The notes under the pieces were generated by a model. The model was given only the letters and a program-made list of their open reading frames with translations, ran no database searches and was not told where the DNA came from. From positions 22,443-86,442 of IMG/VR virus record IMGVR_UViG_2898748948_000004: a DNA stretch of 64,000 nucleotides. One strand, given 5' to 3'. Every line of letters begins with the position of its first letter. Position 1 is the first letter of the stretch. The position numbers and the translations under genes are program-made. Below, one piece after another: positions 17,886 to 27,300 of the stretch. The stretch comes from a virus. Its lineage: Duplodnaviria > Caudoviricetes.

Positions 17886-17910
17886 AACCGCCCATCGAGG
17901 CGGTTTTTTT
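17886..17910 (+). terminator. Intrinsic terminator
   Basis: AACCGCC-CATCGA-GGCGGTT followed by a T run. Confidence 0.85.
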
Positions 17911-17914
17911 ACGA

Positions 17915-17931
17915 CCCCGCATAGGGTTTAG
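17915..17931 (+). promoter_or_regulatory. Late-promoter motif, copy 1
   Basis: CCCCGCATAGGGTTTAG; TAGGG lies 42 nt before the terminase small subunit ATG. Confidence 0.7.
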
Positions 17932-17963
17932 AGATTTTGGCGCCGCTCCAGACACTGGGGCGC

Positions 17964-18869
17964 ATGGCCACATCACCGGCAGGCAAGCGGCCTGCACCGA
18001 AGAAGACAGCGACCCCCAAAAAGCCCACTGCACCTAAAAAGGCCGTGGGCATTTCTGCGTCCAAGGCCAAGGCCGCAGCGAAGACTAAGGCCGCCACAAA
18101 GGCGCTGGCTAGGACTGCTACGAAAAAGATAGCTATAAGCGGCCGCCATGCAGGTGATTTGACCGATTTGCAGAGTCGGTTTGTTGACGAGTATCTGATT
18201 GACCTCAACGCCACCAAGGCCGCCATTCGGGCTGGATACAGCGAGAAGACAGCGGCTGTAATCGGTAGTGAAAACCTAATAAAACCTAATATAGCTGCTG
18301 AAATTCAGCTACGAAAACAAGAGCGACAGCAACGCACAGAGATTACTGCGGACGTTGTTCTGCGTGAGGTGTGGCAAATGTTCCGGGCCGATGCCCGCGA
18401 GCTGGTTGAGGTGCGGGTGGGCTGCTGCCGCCATTGCTATGGCGAAGGACACAAGCGCCAGCGCACTGTGGCGGAGATGAATGCAGCCCGTGAAAAGTGG
18501 ATCGACTCGGGCAAGGTGCCACTGGATTTCGATGAAGAGGGCGGCATTGGCTTCAATCCTCTGCTACCGCCTCATCCAACCTGCCCTGAGTGCGGTGGCG
18601 ATGGTTACTCGCGTGTGGTGCTGCACGACACCCGCAAGCTCTCGCCAGAGGCCGCCAGCCTCTACGCTGGTGCCAAGCATGGCAAGAACGGCATTGAGAT
18701 CCAGATGCATGACAAGGTGGGCATTGCTGAAAAGCTGTTCAAGCACCTTGGCTTGTACGAGGCTCACAACAAGCAGCGCAATGCTGCTCAGGAGGCGCTG
18801 GCCGGCCTGGCTACTTCTGAGCTGCTGGCATTGCAGGCCCGACTGCTGGGCGGCGGGGAGGGCGGGTGA
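17964..18869 (+). CDS. terS: Terminase small subunit with Lys/Ala-rich N-tail and Zn-finger insertion
   Basis: RFVDEYLIDLNATKAAIRAGYSEKTA...ENLIKPNI; CCRHC...CPEC. Confidence 0.9.
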   Translation: MATSPAGKRPAPKKTATPKKPTAPKKAVGISASKAKAAAKTKAATKALARTATKKIAISGRHAGDLTDLQSRFVDEYLIDLNATKAAIRAGYSEKTAAVIGSENLIKPNIAAEIQLRKQERQQRTEITADVVLREVWQMFRADARELVEVRVGCCRHCYGEGHKRQRTVAEMNAAREKWIDSGKVPLDFDEEGGIGFNPLLPPHPTCPECGGDGYSRVVLHDTRKLSPEAASLYAGAKHGKNGIEIQMHDKVGIAEKLFKHLGLYEAHNKQRNAAQEALAGLATSELLALQARLLGGGEGG

Positions 18870-19603
18870 TGGATGTATCCCGCCTATCTCCCGAGGTTCG
18901 CGCCGAGATGCTTGCTCAGCTCAAGGCTCTGCTGGCAACTCGCAAGATCGACACCATGTACCCCGAGAAGGGGCCGCTACGCCGTGAACTCTATAAGAAG
19001 CATCTGGAGTTCTTCAAGGCGGGCGCTACCTATCGTGAGCGGTGCGCCATGGCGGCCAACCGGGTGGGCAAGACCGAGGGCATGGGTGGGTATGAGACTG
19101 CCTTGCACCTGACTGGGCGCTATCCCCACTGGTGGGACGGAAGGCGTTTTGATCACCCGGTCAACTTCTGGGCTGCCGGCAAGACCAATGAGACGACCCG
19201 CGACATCGTGCAGAACAAGCTGTTCGGCGCGGTCACGGGCGTAGCCCAGGCCAAAGCCTTTTCCGGTACCGGGCTGGTCTACGGGGATTGCATTGGCAAG
19301 ATCGCCTGGAAGCAGGGCGTGGCCGACCTCGCAGACACGGTGATGGTCAAGCATGTCTCGGGCGGATGGTCGCAGTTGGGCCTCAAGTCCTACCAGCAGG
19401 GGCGCGGCAGCTTTGAGGGCACGGAGCGCCACGGGATATGGCTTGATGAAGAGCCACCGCTGGACATTTACAGCGAATGCCTGATTCGTACTGCCACCAC
19501 GAACGGCATTGTCTACATCACCTTCACCCCGCTGGAGGGGACGACGGGGACGGTGCTGATGTTCATCAACCCCGAGGCGGTGGGGAAGGTGGAGGCTGAC
19601 TGA
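18869..19603 (+). CDS. terL: Terminase large subunit, ATPase part (split gene)
   Basis: Walker A AANRVGKT, Walker B WLDEEPP, ITFTPLEG coupling motif. Confidence 0.9.
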   Translation: MDVSRLSPEVRAEMLAQLKALLATRKIDTMYPEKGPLRRELYKKHLEFFKAGATYRERCAMAANRVGKTEGMGGYETALHLTGRYPHWWDGRRFDHPVNFWAAGKTNETTRDIVQNKLFGAVTGVAQAKAFSGTGLVYGDCIGKIAWKQGVADLADTVMVKHVSGGWSQLGLKSYQQGRGSFEGTERHGIWLDEEPPLDIYSECLIRTATTNGIVYITFTPLEGTTGTVLMFINPEAVGKVEAD

Positions 19604-20367
19604 TGCCAGCCGTTACCGAAAGCCGCTACCTCGTCACCGCTGGCTGGGACGATGTGCCCCACTTGGACGCAAAGACCAAGAAGGAGCTGTGGGACAGCTC
19701 GCCACCTCATGAGCGCGAAGCCCGGGCGCGCGGCACGCCCACGCTGGGCAGCGGCCGTATCTTCCCTGTGGAAGAGGACAGCATCAAGGTCACGCCCTTT
19801 GCCATTCCCGCTCACTGGCCGCGCATCAATGGCATTGACTTCGGCTGGGATCACCCCACGGCAGCTGTGCAGCTGGCCTACGACCGCGAAGCGGATTGCA
19901 TCTATGTGGTGCACGTCCACCGCGAGAGCCTGCAAACCCCGGTCATCCATGCCGCCACGGTCAAGGCCTGGGGGCCGTGGGTTCCTACCTCCTGGCCGCA
20001 TGACGGTTTGCAGCACGACAAGGGAAGCGGCGAGCAGCTGGCCAAGCAGTACGCGGCAGCTGGTCTGCTGATGCTCAAGGATCGCGCCACCTTCCCCGAT
20101 GGCTCCAACGGGGTTGAGGCCGGGCTGATGGACATGCTCGAGCGCATGCAGACCGGTCGTCTCAAGGTGTTCAGCCACCTCAGCCTCTGGTTTGAAGAGT
20201 TCCGCCTTTACCACCGCAAGGACGGGAAGGTGGTCAAGCTGCGCGACGACTTGATGAGCGCCACCCGATACGCACTGATGATGCTGCGCAAGGCCAAGGT
20301 CAGGCCCATGCCGCAGGCGCAATCCCAGAACAACTGGGCCCCACTAGATAGAGAGATTGGGTACTGA
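19603..20367 (+). CDS. terL: Terminase large subunit, nuclease part (split gene)
   Basis: DVPHL, GIDFGWDHPTA, DDLMSATRYA; own GGAGG SD and TGATG overlap. Confidence 0.9.
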   Translation: MPAVTESRYLVTAGWDDVPHLDAKTKKELWDSSPPHEREARARGTPTLGSGRIFPVEEDSIKVTPFAIPAHWPRINGIDFGWDHPTAAVQLAYDREADCIYVVHVHRESLQTPVIHAATVKAWGPWVPTSWPHDGLQHDKGSGEQLAKQYAAAGLLMLKDRATFPDGSNGVEAGLMDMLERMQTGRLKVFSHLSLWFEEFRLYHRKDGKVVKLRDDLMSATRYALMMLRKAKVRPMPQAQSQNNWAPLDREIGY

Positions 20368-20368
20368 C

Positions 20369-22702
20369 ATGCAGCCTATGACACACAAACCCATGGGCGA
20401 CAACGCCCAGCAAGCGTTTGAACGCGGCTTCAAAGACACCATGGCCACAGTCATGCCGGGTACCGAAGTGGAGGATCAGGACACTATCGAGGCCAAGATC
20501 CGACACGAGCGCGATACCTTTCTGCTCAACCTCATTGCAAAGCGCCGCGAAGCTGTCTCTGGACGCAACTCATCCGGCATTGAGTTGGAGTGGAGCGAAG
20601 ACGAAGAGCATTACCAAGGCATTGATGATGCCAACCGGGCATTTCACGCTGCCAACCAGCTCTATCGCACCTCCAAGGCCCATATGCTCGGTAAGGATAC
20701 GACGGGCCCGGCCGGGCCTGCGCGTTCCGTGGTGTTCCTTAATATCACTCGCTCCTATGTGGATGCCGCCAGCGCGCGAGTGTCCGACATGCTGCTCCCA
20801 ACGGATGATCGGGCCTGGGCTATCAGTCCGACCCCGATCCCGAAACTCACTCCGTACCTGATGCAGCAGTTGCGCGACATGATGGGGCTCAGCTATAGCC
20901 AAAAGGTGATGGAGCAGTTTGTGGATCTGCAGATCCAGAACGCCAAGACCGCTGCCAAGAAGATGGAGCAAGCGATTGAGGACTGCTTGGTCGAGTCCAA
21001 CTGGCACGGCGAGATGCGTCAGATGATTGAAGACTCAGGGCGCATTGGCTCGGGTGTTTTCAAAGGCCCGTTCCCCGTGCGCCGCGTGGCTCGGATGACG
21101 AAGCGAGATCCGGTGACAGGTGAAGTCAAGTTCATTCGCCTGTCTGAAATCAAGCCTGGCTCCAAGCGCATTGATCCCTGGAACTTCTTCCCTGACCCTG
21201 CCTGCGGTGAGAACATCCACAACGGAAGCTACACCTGGGAGCGTGAGTATCTGTCGAGCCGCAAGGTCAAGGAAATGCTCGAAATGCCTGGCTATGACAA
21301 GGCTGAGCTGATGGCTGTCCTGCGTGAAGGGCCAAAGTCCGCCCGTGAAGGTTCGGAATCAAGCCATCGACAGAACGATGCCGAGTTTGAAATGTGGATT
21401 TTCCACGGTCACTGCGCGGCCGAGCACCTGCGCATGTACGGTGTGGAGCTGGAAGATGATGTGGAAGAGAAGATGCCCACCATGGCCGTGGTGATCAACG
21501 ATCGACTGGTCAAGATCACTCTGTCAGCCATGGATGAGGGAGAGTTTCCATATGATGTGCTGGCCTGGCAGCGCCGCCCTGGCTTGCCTTGGGGTGTGGG
21601 TGTGTCCCGACAGATCCGTACTGTGCAACGCATCTTGAATGGCTCCGTTCGCGCCATGATGGATAACGCAAGTCTGAGCGCGGCGCCCCAGATCATCCTG
21701 GGCAACAAGGTGACACCCGAGGACGGCAACTGGACTTTGTACCCGGGTAAACGCTGGCGCGTTGAGGCGGACTCAGACATCACCGATGTACGGCAGGCGT
21801 TCAATGCCTTCATCGTCCCAAGCGTTCAGAACGAGTTGATGAACATCATCAACTGGGCCATGTCTATGGCAGAGGACACCACCGGCTTGCCTGCCATGCT
21901 GCAGGGAATCCGGGGGGATTCTCCCAATACGCTGGGAGGCATGCAGCTTCAGGATAACAACGCATCCAGTGTTTTGCGCCGTCTGGCGCGCCGCTTTGAC
22001 GACTATGTGACCCAACCACATATCCAGCGCTATTTTGACTGGATGATGCAGTACAGCGACGACGACAGCATCAAGGGCGACTTTCAGATCGATGTGCGTG
22101 CGTCTTCTGCACTTCTGGAGCGCAGCAATCAGCAATCTTTCCTCATGCAGATGCTGGCGATCTCTAAAGACCCGACATACGGCCTCGACCCGGCGCGCCT
22201 CATGAAGGAGCTGCTCAAGGGGCAGCGCCTTGACCCCGAGCGTGTGGCATTGACGGAAGAGCAGAAGCAGGCTCAAGCGGAGAAGGCCGCGCCGCAAGAC
22301 CCGACACTTCAGGCGCGTGCACAACTCCTGTCCGCCCAGGCCGAGCACACTCAGGCTCGTACCGCCGTGGAGCATGTCAAAGTCTCCGTGGAGCAAGCAC
22401 GCGCCGAGCAGCTTCAGGCACAAGCAGCGACAACGAATGTTGAGGGCATGTATAGCGCTACCGAGGCGGCCAAGAACCTGCTGATGGCATCCCCTGTGGC
22501 GGGTGCCTCTGACGCAATTTGGAAGTCGGCTGGTGGGACAGACAAGGATCTGCCCCCGGCGCTCCCCCAGGTGCAAGGCAATGAGTTGGTGGCAAGTGGG
22601 CTGGTTCCACCACCTCAGACCAATACCAACCCCTTGACCCCCGCCAATCCAGCATCGCCTGCTACAGGAATGATGGCCGGCATCGAAGGGGGCGGCGACT
22701 GA
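20369..22702 (+). CDS. Portal protein (podovirus, P22/N4-like)
   Basis: Follows terL; RIDPWNFFPDP, PWGVGVSRQIR, TGLPAMLQG; coiled-coil C-terminal barrel. Confidence 0.85.
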   Translation: MQPMTHKPMGDNAQQAFERGFKDTMATVMPGTEVEDQDTIEAKIRHERDTFLLNLIAKRREAVSGRNSSGIELEWSEDEEHYQGIDDANRAFHAANQLYRTSKAHMLGKDTTGPAGPARSVVFLNITRSYVDAASARVSDMLLPTDDRAWAISPTPIPKLTPYLMQQLRDMMGLSYSQKVMEQFVDLQIQNAKTAAKKMEQAIEDCLVESNWHGEMRQMIEDSGRIGSGVFKGPFPVRRVARMTKRDPVTGEVKFIRLSEIKPGSKRIDPWNFFPDPACGENIHNGSYTWEREYLSSRKVKEMLEMPGYDKAELMAVLREGPKSAREGSESSHRQNDAEFEMWIFHGHCAAEHLRMYGVELEDDVEEKMPTMAVVINDRLVKITLSAMDEGEFPYDVLAWQRRPGLPWGVGVSRQIRTVQRILNGSVRAMMDNASLSAAPQIILGNKVTPEDGNWTLYPGKRWRVEADSDITDVRQAFNAFIVPSVQNELMNIINWAMSMAEDTTGLPAMLQGIRGDSPNTLGGMQLQDNNASSVLRRLARRFDDYVTQPHIQRYFDWMMQYSDDDSIKGDFQIDVRASSALLERSNQQSFLMQMLAISKDPTYGLDPARLMKELLKGQRLDPERVALTEEQKQAQAEKAAPQDPTLQARAQLLSAQAEHTQARTAVEHVKVSVEQARAEQLQAQAATTNVEGMYSATEAAKNLLMASPVAGASDAIWKSAGGTDKDLPPALPQVQGNELVASGLVPPPQTNTNPLTPANPASPATGMMAGIEGGGD

Positions 22703-22796
22703 ACTGCCTGTGGGAGTAGAAGCTGCTGGACTTGAAACGGCAGCAGTCCCCATCCATTTCCGTCCATTCCCATCCATTCATTCCTATCTGGCAACC

Positions 22797-23441
22797 ATGA
22801 CCATTGACCACAAAACCCTCACCGACGAAATCCTGGCCACGCCCCAAGGCGTAGCTCGAGCTATCAAACTCAAGGACGCGCTCGGCAATGACTTCGGCCA
22901 TATCACCTGGGTATGGGATAACGATTGCCTGAGTGTGGCGACTCAGAAGCTGCCGAATGGCTACGAGGGCTTGGTGCTGGGCGTCGAAGACATGGTGGGA
23001 ATCCATTTGGAGGGCAGCGCCTCGGCGCCAGCCGAAACCCAGGCCAAGGATCTGGCGCTGCAGCTCATGATCTGGGGTGCTTGTGTTGTGCCTTCCCCGA
23101 ATGAGGGCGGCGCGCCAAAGCCAGCCATCGGGCCTATCACCCTGGATGTGGATACCGCCTGGGGCAAGGCACTGGCTCATGTGTCCTGTGATGGTGGTTT
23201 CATTCAGATCGATGTGTTGAACGCATGTGCACAGCCGCCGTTCTTTGTGGTGCTAGGTGAACATCTGGCCGCCGAGGTTCTGCCCACCATCAAGAAGCTG
23301 GTGGAGGGCGCCCCTTTGCCCTCTAGCGCCAATATCACCGAGCGCGTGGAAGGTGCTGTGAATGCTGGTACCAGCGCGCTCACCCAGCCGGTGCCGCTCG
23401 GGGCACCCAGCGTGCAACACGACATCTCGCAGCCTCATTGA
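22797..23441 (+). CDS. Hypothetical protein between portal and scaffold
   Basis: 214-aa ORF followed by its own terminator. Confidence 0.6.
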   Translation: MTIDHKTLTDEILATPQGVARAIKLKDALGNDFGHITWVWDNDCLSVATQKLPNGYEGLVLGVEDMVGIHLEGSASAPAETQAKDLALQLMIWGACVVPSPNEGGAPKPAIGPITLDVDTAWGKALAHVSCDGGFIQIDVLNACAQPPFFVVLGEHLAAEVLPTIKKLVEGAPLPSSANITERVEGAVNAGTSALTQPVPLGAPSVQHDISQPH

Positions 23442-23470
23442 TCAAGCGCTGAGTTCCTGAGCTGATAGCC

Positions 23471-23496
23471 AAACCGCCCACCGAGGCGGTTTTTTC
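23471..23496 (+). terminator. Intrinsic terminator, near-identical to 17886-17910
   Basis: AAACCGCCCACCGAGGCGGTTTTTT. Confidence 0.85.
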
Positions 23497-23590
23497 TTGC
23501 TTGGCCTTCGCCGCCCCTGCATGTGGTTTAGACATTCCCCCTCTCTCTACGAGCATTCATCCATCAGTAACGCGCGTATTGGCTGGAGAT

Positions 23591-23830
23591 ATGAAGGCGC
23601 CCGAGCTTGAGATTGATTTCGACTCCGACGCCTGGAAAGTCCTCGAGGCCCATGCACGCAAGCAGCTGGACGATTTGCGACTGAAAAACGATGGCGTCGG
23701 CCACGACCTGCAAGCCACTTCGGTCATCCGGGGACGCATTGCGGTGTGGAAGGAGTTGCTGGATATGCCCAAGAGACGCCGAGAGGCGGAAGACCGGGCC
23801 AGTCGTCAGATCAGCCCAGGCGGCTACTGA
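23591..23830 (+). CDS. Small conserved head-region protein (Bbp19-like)
   Basis: GGAG RBS; IRGRIAVWKELL motif typical of genes between portal and scaffold. Confidence 0.65.
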   Translation: MKAPELEIDFDSDAWKVLEAHARKQLDDLRLKNDGVGHDLQATSVIRGRIAVWKELLDMPKRRREAEDRASRQISPGGY

Positions 23831-23856
23831 ACCCCTAGACGTTTGGAGCAATACGC

Positions 23857-24999
23857 ATGAGCATGGAACAGGAAGACCAAGGTTTTGAACAAGGCTTTGC
23901 CTCTGTGATGAACCTCGAACCCGAGCAGCACGCACCCGCAGCTGATGCTGCCGATGCAGGTAATGCCGGTGGCGAGGTCGAGCAGGGCGCAGCCCAAGAC
24001 AATGCCAATGGCTCCGATGCTGGTGCCCCCGAAGCGCCCGCTCCCGAAGCGCCCTCTGGTGAAGCGGGTGCAGCTGAATCTGGTGAGCAGGGCGCGGCCC
24101 AAGCTGCCAGCGAGCAGGGGGGCGCAGGGGATGGCGGTACGCCGGCTGATGCAGATCCAGACCCGAACGACGAGGTTCTACTCGATGGCCTGACCCGCCG
24201 CGAAGTACGCAACCTCCTATCGCGTGCCTCCGAAGTGGAAGGGCTCAGCGCGGGCCTGCGCAAGGTTCACGGAAAGATTGGCGAGTTGAACGACCGGCTC
24301 CGCAAGGCCCCGGCTGAACATGCCCCCGGTAACTACGGCGGCATTGCGCTCTCTGGTCTGGAAGGTGAAGCCTTTGACAAGGCGGTCACGGATGTGATGG
24401 CTCAAGCAAAGATTGATGCTGCCGCATTCGGTGATTACTCCGAAGAAGGCCTGGTGCGCGGCATCGTGACCACCATGCTCCGCATGCAGCAGCTCCAACA
24501 GTTGCCGCAGGTACAGAAGGTGCCGGCTGAGCCGGGCGGGCAGGGCGCGGCCTTGCCCGTGGACATGCCGCATTCCGCTGCAGCTGAGGGTCACACCCCG
24601 GCTGAATCCCAGCACGTAGACACGGCCTCGGCCGAAGCTGCCCAGCAGCACAGCGATCCCAGCATCCACGTTGAGCAGTTGGTGCTCGACCGCGTTCGCC
24701 CCGGCTGGCGCGAGACGGTTGCTGGACAGGAATTCAATCTCTGGCTTGGTGCGCAAGACCAGTCGTATCAGCAACAGTACCTGCAGGCCAACACCGCCGA
24801 GAAATTCGCCGGTGTGCTCGACACGTTCGGGCAGTGGAAGACCGCGCGTGAAGCTGCCGTCTCCAAGAGTGCCAAGGCACAGGAGCGCTTGGAGCGCTCG
24901 CTGACTCCGACAGGACATGTACCCAAGCCTGCTGCCGCGATGACGGAGGACGAGGAATTTGAAGCCGCGTTCGCCGCCGTCTCCAAGCAGCGCCTGTAG
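23857..24999 (+). CDS. Capsid scaffolding protein
   Basis: Acidic low-complexity N-terminus, directly upstream of the capsid gene, C-terminal EDEEFEAAF. Confidence 0.75.
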   Translation: MSMEQEDQGFEQGFASVMNLEPEQHAPAADAADAGNAGGEVEQGAAQDNANGSDAGAPEAPAPEAPSGEAGAAESGEQGAAQAASEQGGAGDGGTPADADPDPNDEVLLDGLTRREVRNLLSRASEVEGLSAGLRKVHGKIGELNDRLRKAPAEHAPGNYGGIALSGLEGEAFDKAVTDVMAQAKIDAAAFGDYSEEGLVRGIVTTMLRMQQLQQLPQVQKVPAEPGGQGAALPVDMPHSAAAEGHTPAESQHVDTASAEAAQQHSDPSIHVEQLVLDRVRPGWRETVAGQEFNLWLGAQDQSYQQQYLQANTAEKFAGVLDTFGQWKTAREAAVSKSAKAQERLERSLTPTGHVPKPAAAMTEDEEFEAAFAAVSKQRL

Positions 25000-25028
25000 G
25001 CCTATCGGCCTGTATGAAAGGATGAGTC

Positions 25029-26069
25029 ATGCCTCAGTTTGAGAGCAACAATCCGACGCCCCGGATTGGCAAAATCAAGGGCGAAATCCTGGCGCACGCC
25101 GTCAGCTGCGAAGTGCTGGGCCTGACCGGTCAGCAACGCGGCATGGTCAAGAATGCGGGCAAGACCGTGGTGTACCGCCGCTATCTGCCCCATGGCGCGG
25201 CCAATACCGACTGGAACACCCGCAACCGCCCCAAGGCAGACCCCGCAGCTCATGAGCTGACCGAGGGTGTGACCCCTTCGGCGGATTCTCTGGTGCCCCA
25301 GGACATTACCGTGACCATCAAGGAATACGGTTGCCTGTACCAGCTGACCAACCAGACTGCTGACTTCTACGAAGACGATGTGTCCTCGGAAATGAAGAAG
25401 CAGTGCGGCGAGCGCATCGGCCTGCTGCGCGAGATGATCCGCTATGGCGTGGTCAAGGCGTGCACCAATGTGTTCTACGCTGGAAACGCGTCCAGCCGCG
25501 CAACCGTGGCGGGCAAGATCACTCTGCCCATCCTGCGCAAGGTCAGCCGCGGCCTGCAGGCGAACCATGCCAAGCGCGTCACCGGCATTCTGGCGCCCAG
25601 CACCAACATCAAGACTTCCCCTGTGGAAGCCTCGTATCTGGTGTTCGTGTCGTCCGATGCCGAATCCGACATCCGCGATCTGCCCAAGTTCACTCCGGTG
25701 GCGGAGTATGGCTCGCGCAAGGTCGTGTCTCCCTACGAGCTGGGCTCCTGCGAGAACTACCGCTTCGTGACCAGCCCCGAGCTGGCTCCTTACCTGGGAG
25801 CAGGCGCGGCTGTAAGCGGTACCGGTTTGCTGGGCGATACCAATGTGGACGTGTACCCGTTCGTCGTGACTGGTGAAGACGCCTGGGGCCAGCTGGCTCT
25901 GCGCGGTGCCAACGCGCTCGATCCGACCTACATCCCACCTGGCACCAAGGACAAGTCCGACCCTCTGGGCCAGCGCGGCTATGTGGGCGCCAAGTTCTAC
26001 ATGAACTGCGTGCTGCTCAACGAAGGCTGGATGGCGGTGGTTGAGGCCGGCGTCTCCGATCTGGTCTAA
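25029..26069 (+). CDS. Major capsid protein, N4-gp56 family
   Basis: KNAGKTVVYRRY, LTEGVTP, KEYG, KSDPLGQRGYVGAKFY. Confidence 0.88.
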   Translation: MPQFESNNPTPRIGKIKGEILAHAVSCEVLGLTGQQRGMVKNAGKTVVYRRYLPHGAANTDWNTRNRPKADPAAHELTEGVTPSADSLVPQDITVTIKEYGCLYQLTNQTADFYEDDVSSEMKKQCGERIGLLREMIRYGVVKACTNVFYAGNASSRATVAGKITLPILRKVSRGLQANHAKRVTGILAPSTNIKTSPVEASYLVFVSSDAESDIRDLPKFTPVAEYGSRKVVSPYELGSCENYRFVTSPELAPYLGAGAAVSGTGLLGDTNVDVYPFVVTGEDAWGQLALRGANALDPTYIPPGTKDKSDPLGQRGYVGAKFYMNCVLLNEGWMAVVEAGVSDLV

Positions 26070-26132
26070 CCCCACAAGGCGGGCTGCTGTGTAAAGGCGG
26101 CCCGCCTTTGGTACTTCTTCAAGGAAACACAA

Positions 26133-26609
26133 ATGAATGGATCTACTGTCGGTCGTCGTGGCGGCAAACAGCGTGAAGTGGATGCCGGTGCCGAGTACCT
26201 GGGCGCGGCCCCCGAGTTGATGCTGGGCGATGCTGCGGGCGATGTTGAGTCAATCGTGACCGAAGTGGGCATGGATGCCGTGGCACAAGAGGCGTTCATG
26301 AACGATCTGCTGACCATCATCGTTGCCTCCAATGGTGCCGACGATGAAACCCCTAGCGTGCCTGTTGGCGTCAATGGCTCGTTCATCTACCTGCCGCGCG
26401 ACATCCCCATTGATGTGAAGCGTAAGTATGTGGAAGTTCTGGCCCGTGCCAAGAAGACTGACTACGACCAGACGCTGGACATCGCTCTGGGCGAGCGCAT
26501 GAACAAGCTGACTCAGCGCCATGTGCTCAAGTACCCGTTCACAGTGATCAGCGATCCCGATAGCCGTGGCCATCAGTGGCTGCGCGAGATCCTGGCCCAG
26601 CGCCGCTAA
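26133..26609 (+). CDS. Conserved virion-associated hypothetical protein
   Basis: VPVGVNG..PRD.PI.VKRKYVEVLARAK; position downstream of the capsid gene. Confidence 0.7.
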   Translation: MNGSTVGRRGGKQREVDAGAEYLGAAPELMLGDAAGDVESIVTEVGMDAVAQEAFMNDLLTIIVASNGADDETPSVPVGVNGSFIYLPRDIPIDVKRKYVEVLARAKKTDYDQTLDIALGERMNKLTQRHVLKYPFTVISDPDSRGHQWLREILAQRR

Positions 26610-26626
26610 CTCAAGCCGGGCGCGCC

Positions 26627-27283
26627 ATGACACTCGAAGAGCTCATTGCTTTGTACCGCCGCAGAGCGCAGGACACGGAAGAGCCCCACCTGTGTGACGA
26701 CGACACCGTGCGCCTGTACTTGAGGGAAGCGCAGGACGAGGCCTGCCGCAGAGGGCAACTGCTCTTGCAGTCCACCGGTGCCATGTGTCAGGTGCAGTTC
26801 CAGGCCGGCGCCGAGCTGATCCAGCTCGATCGCAGGGTGCTGAAAGTGTTGCGCTCCTACGTGGATGGTAGCCAGGTCAGGGTGGTGCCGGTCGATGTGA
26901 TGGATCTCAATCATCCCAACTGGCAGTTTGACACCCTGCGTGACAAGCCAAGGGTCTTGATTTCTGGACTCACAACAGATGCATTGCACCTCTGGCCCAT
27001 ACCCAGCCAGAACGGGGAGGTTCGGCTGAGCGTTCAACGGCTCCCTATGAAACCGCTGCTTGTGGATTCGGATAAGCCCGAGATCAGGGAAGAAGCGCAC
27101 CCGGCATTGGTGGAATGGGTCATGCATCGCGTGTATGGAACCCAGGACGTTGACCTGTACGACCCGAATAGATCCGAGATCGCGCTGAGGAAATTTGAAG
27201 CTGAGTTCGGTAAGAAGAGCAGTCTGCGCAATGAAAACTGGGTGAGGGACGGTGCAGGGGCATTGCCCGCTCCGCTGGCCTGA
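26627..27283 (+). CDS. Head-tail adaptor (tail tubular A-like)
   Basis: YLREAQDEACRR, LHLWPIP, HPALVEWVMHRVY..D.D. Confidence 0.7.
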   Translation: MTLEELIALYRRRAQDTEEPHLCDDDTVRLYLREAQDEACRRGQLLLQSTGAMCQVQFQAGAELIQLDRRVLKVLRSYVDGSQVRVVPVDVMDLNHPNWQFDTLRDKPRVLISGLTTDALHLWPIPSQNGEVRLSVQRLPMKPLLVDSDKPEIREEAHPALVEWVMHRVYGTQDVDLYDPNRSEIALRKFEAEFGKKSSLRNENWVRDGAGALPAPLA

Positions 27284-27300
27284 TCCCGAAAGGATAGGCG

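Noticed and set aside
22750-22785. CATCC/ATTCC short repeats as a CRISPR or iteron array
   Set aside because: Only ~35 bp of imperfect pentamers, no spacers and no cas genes
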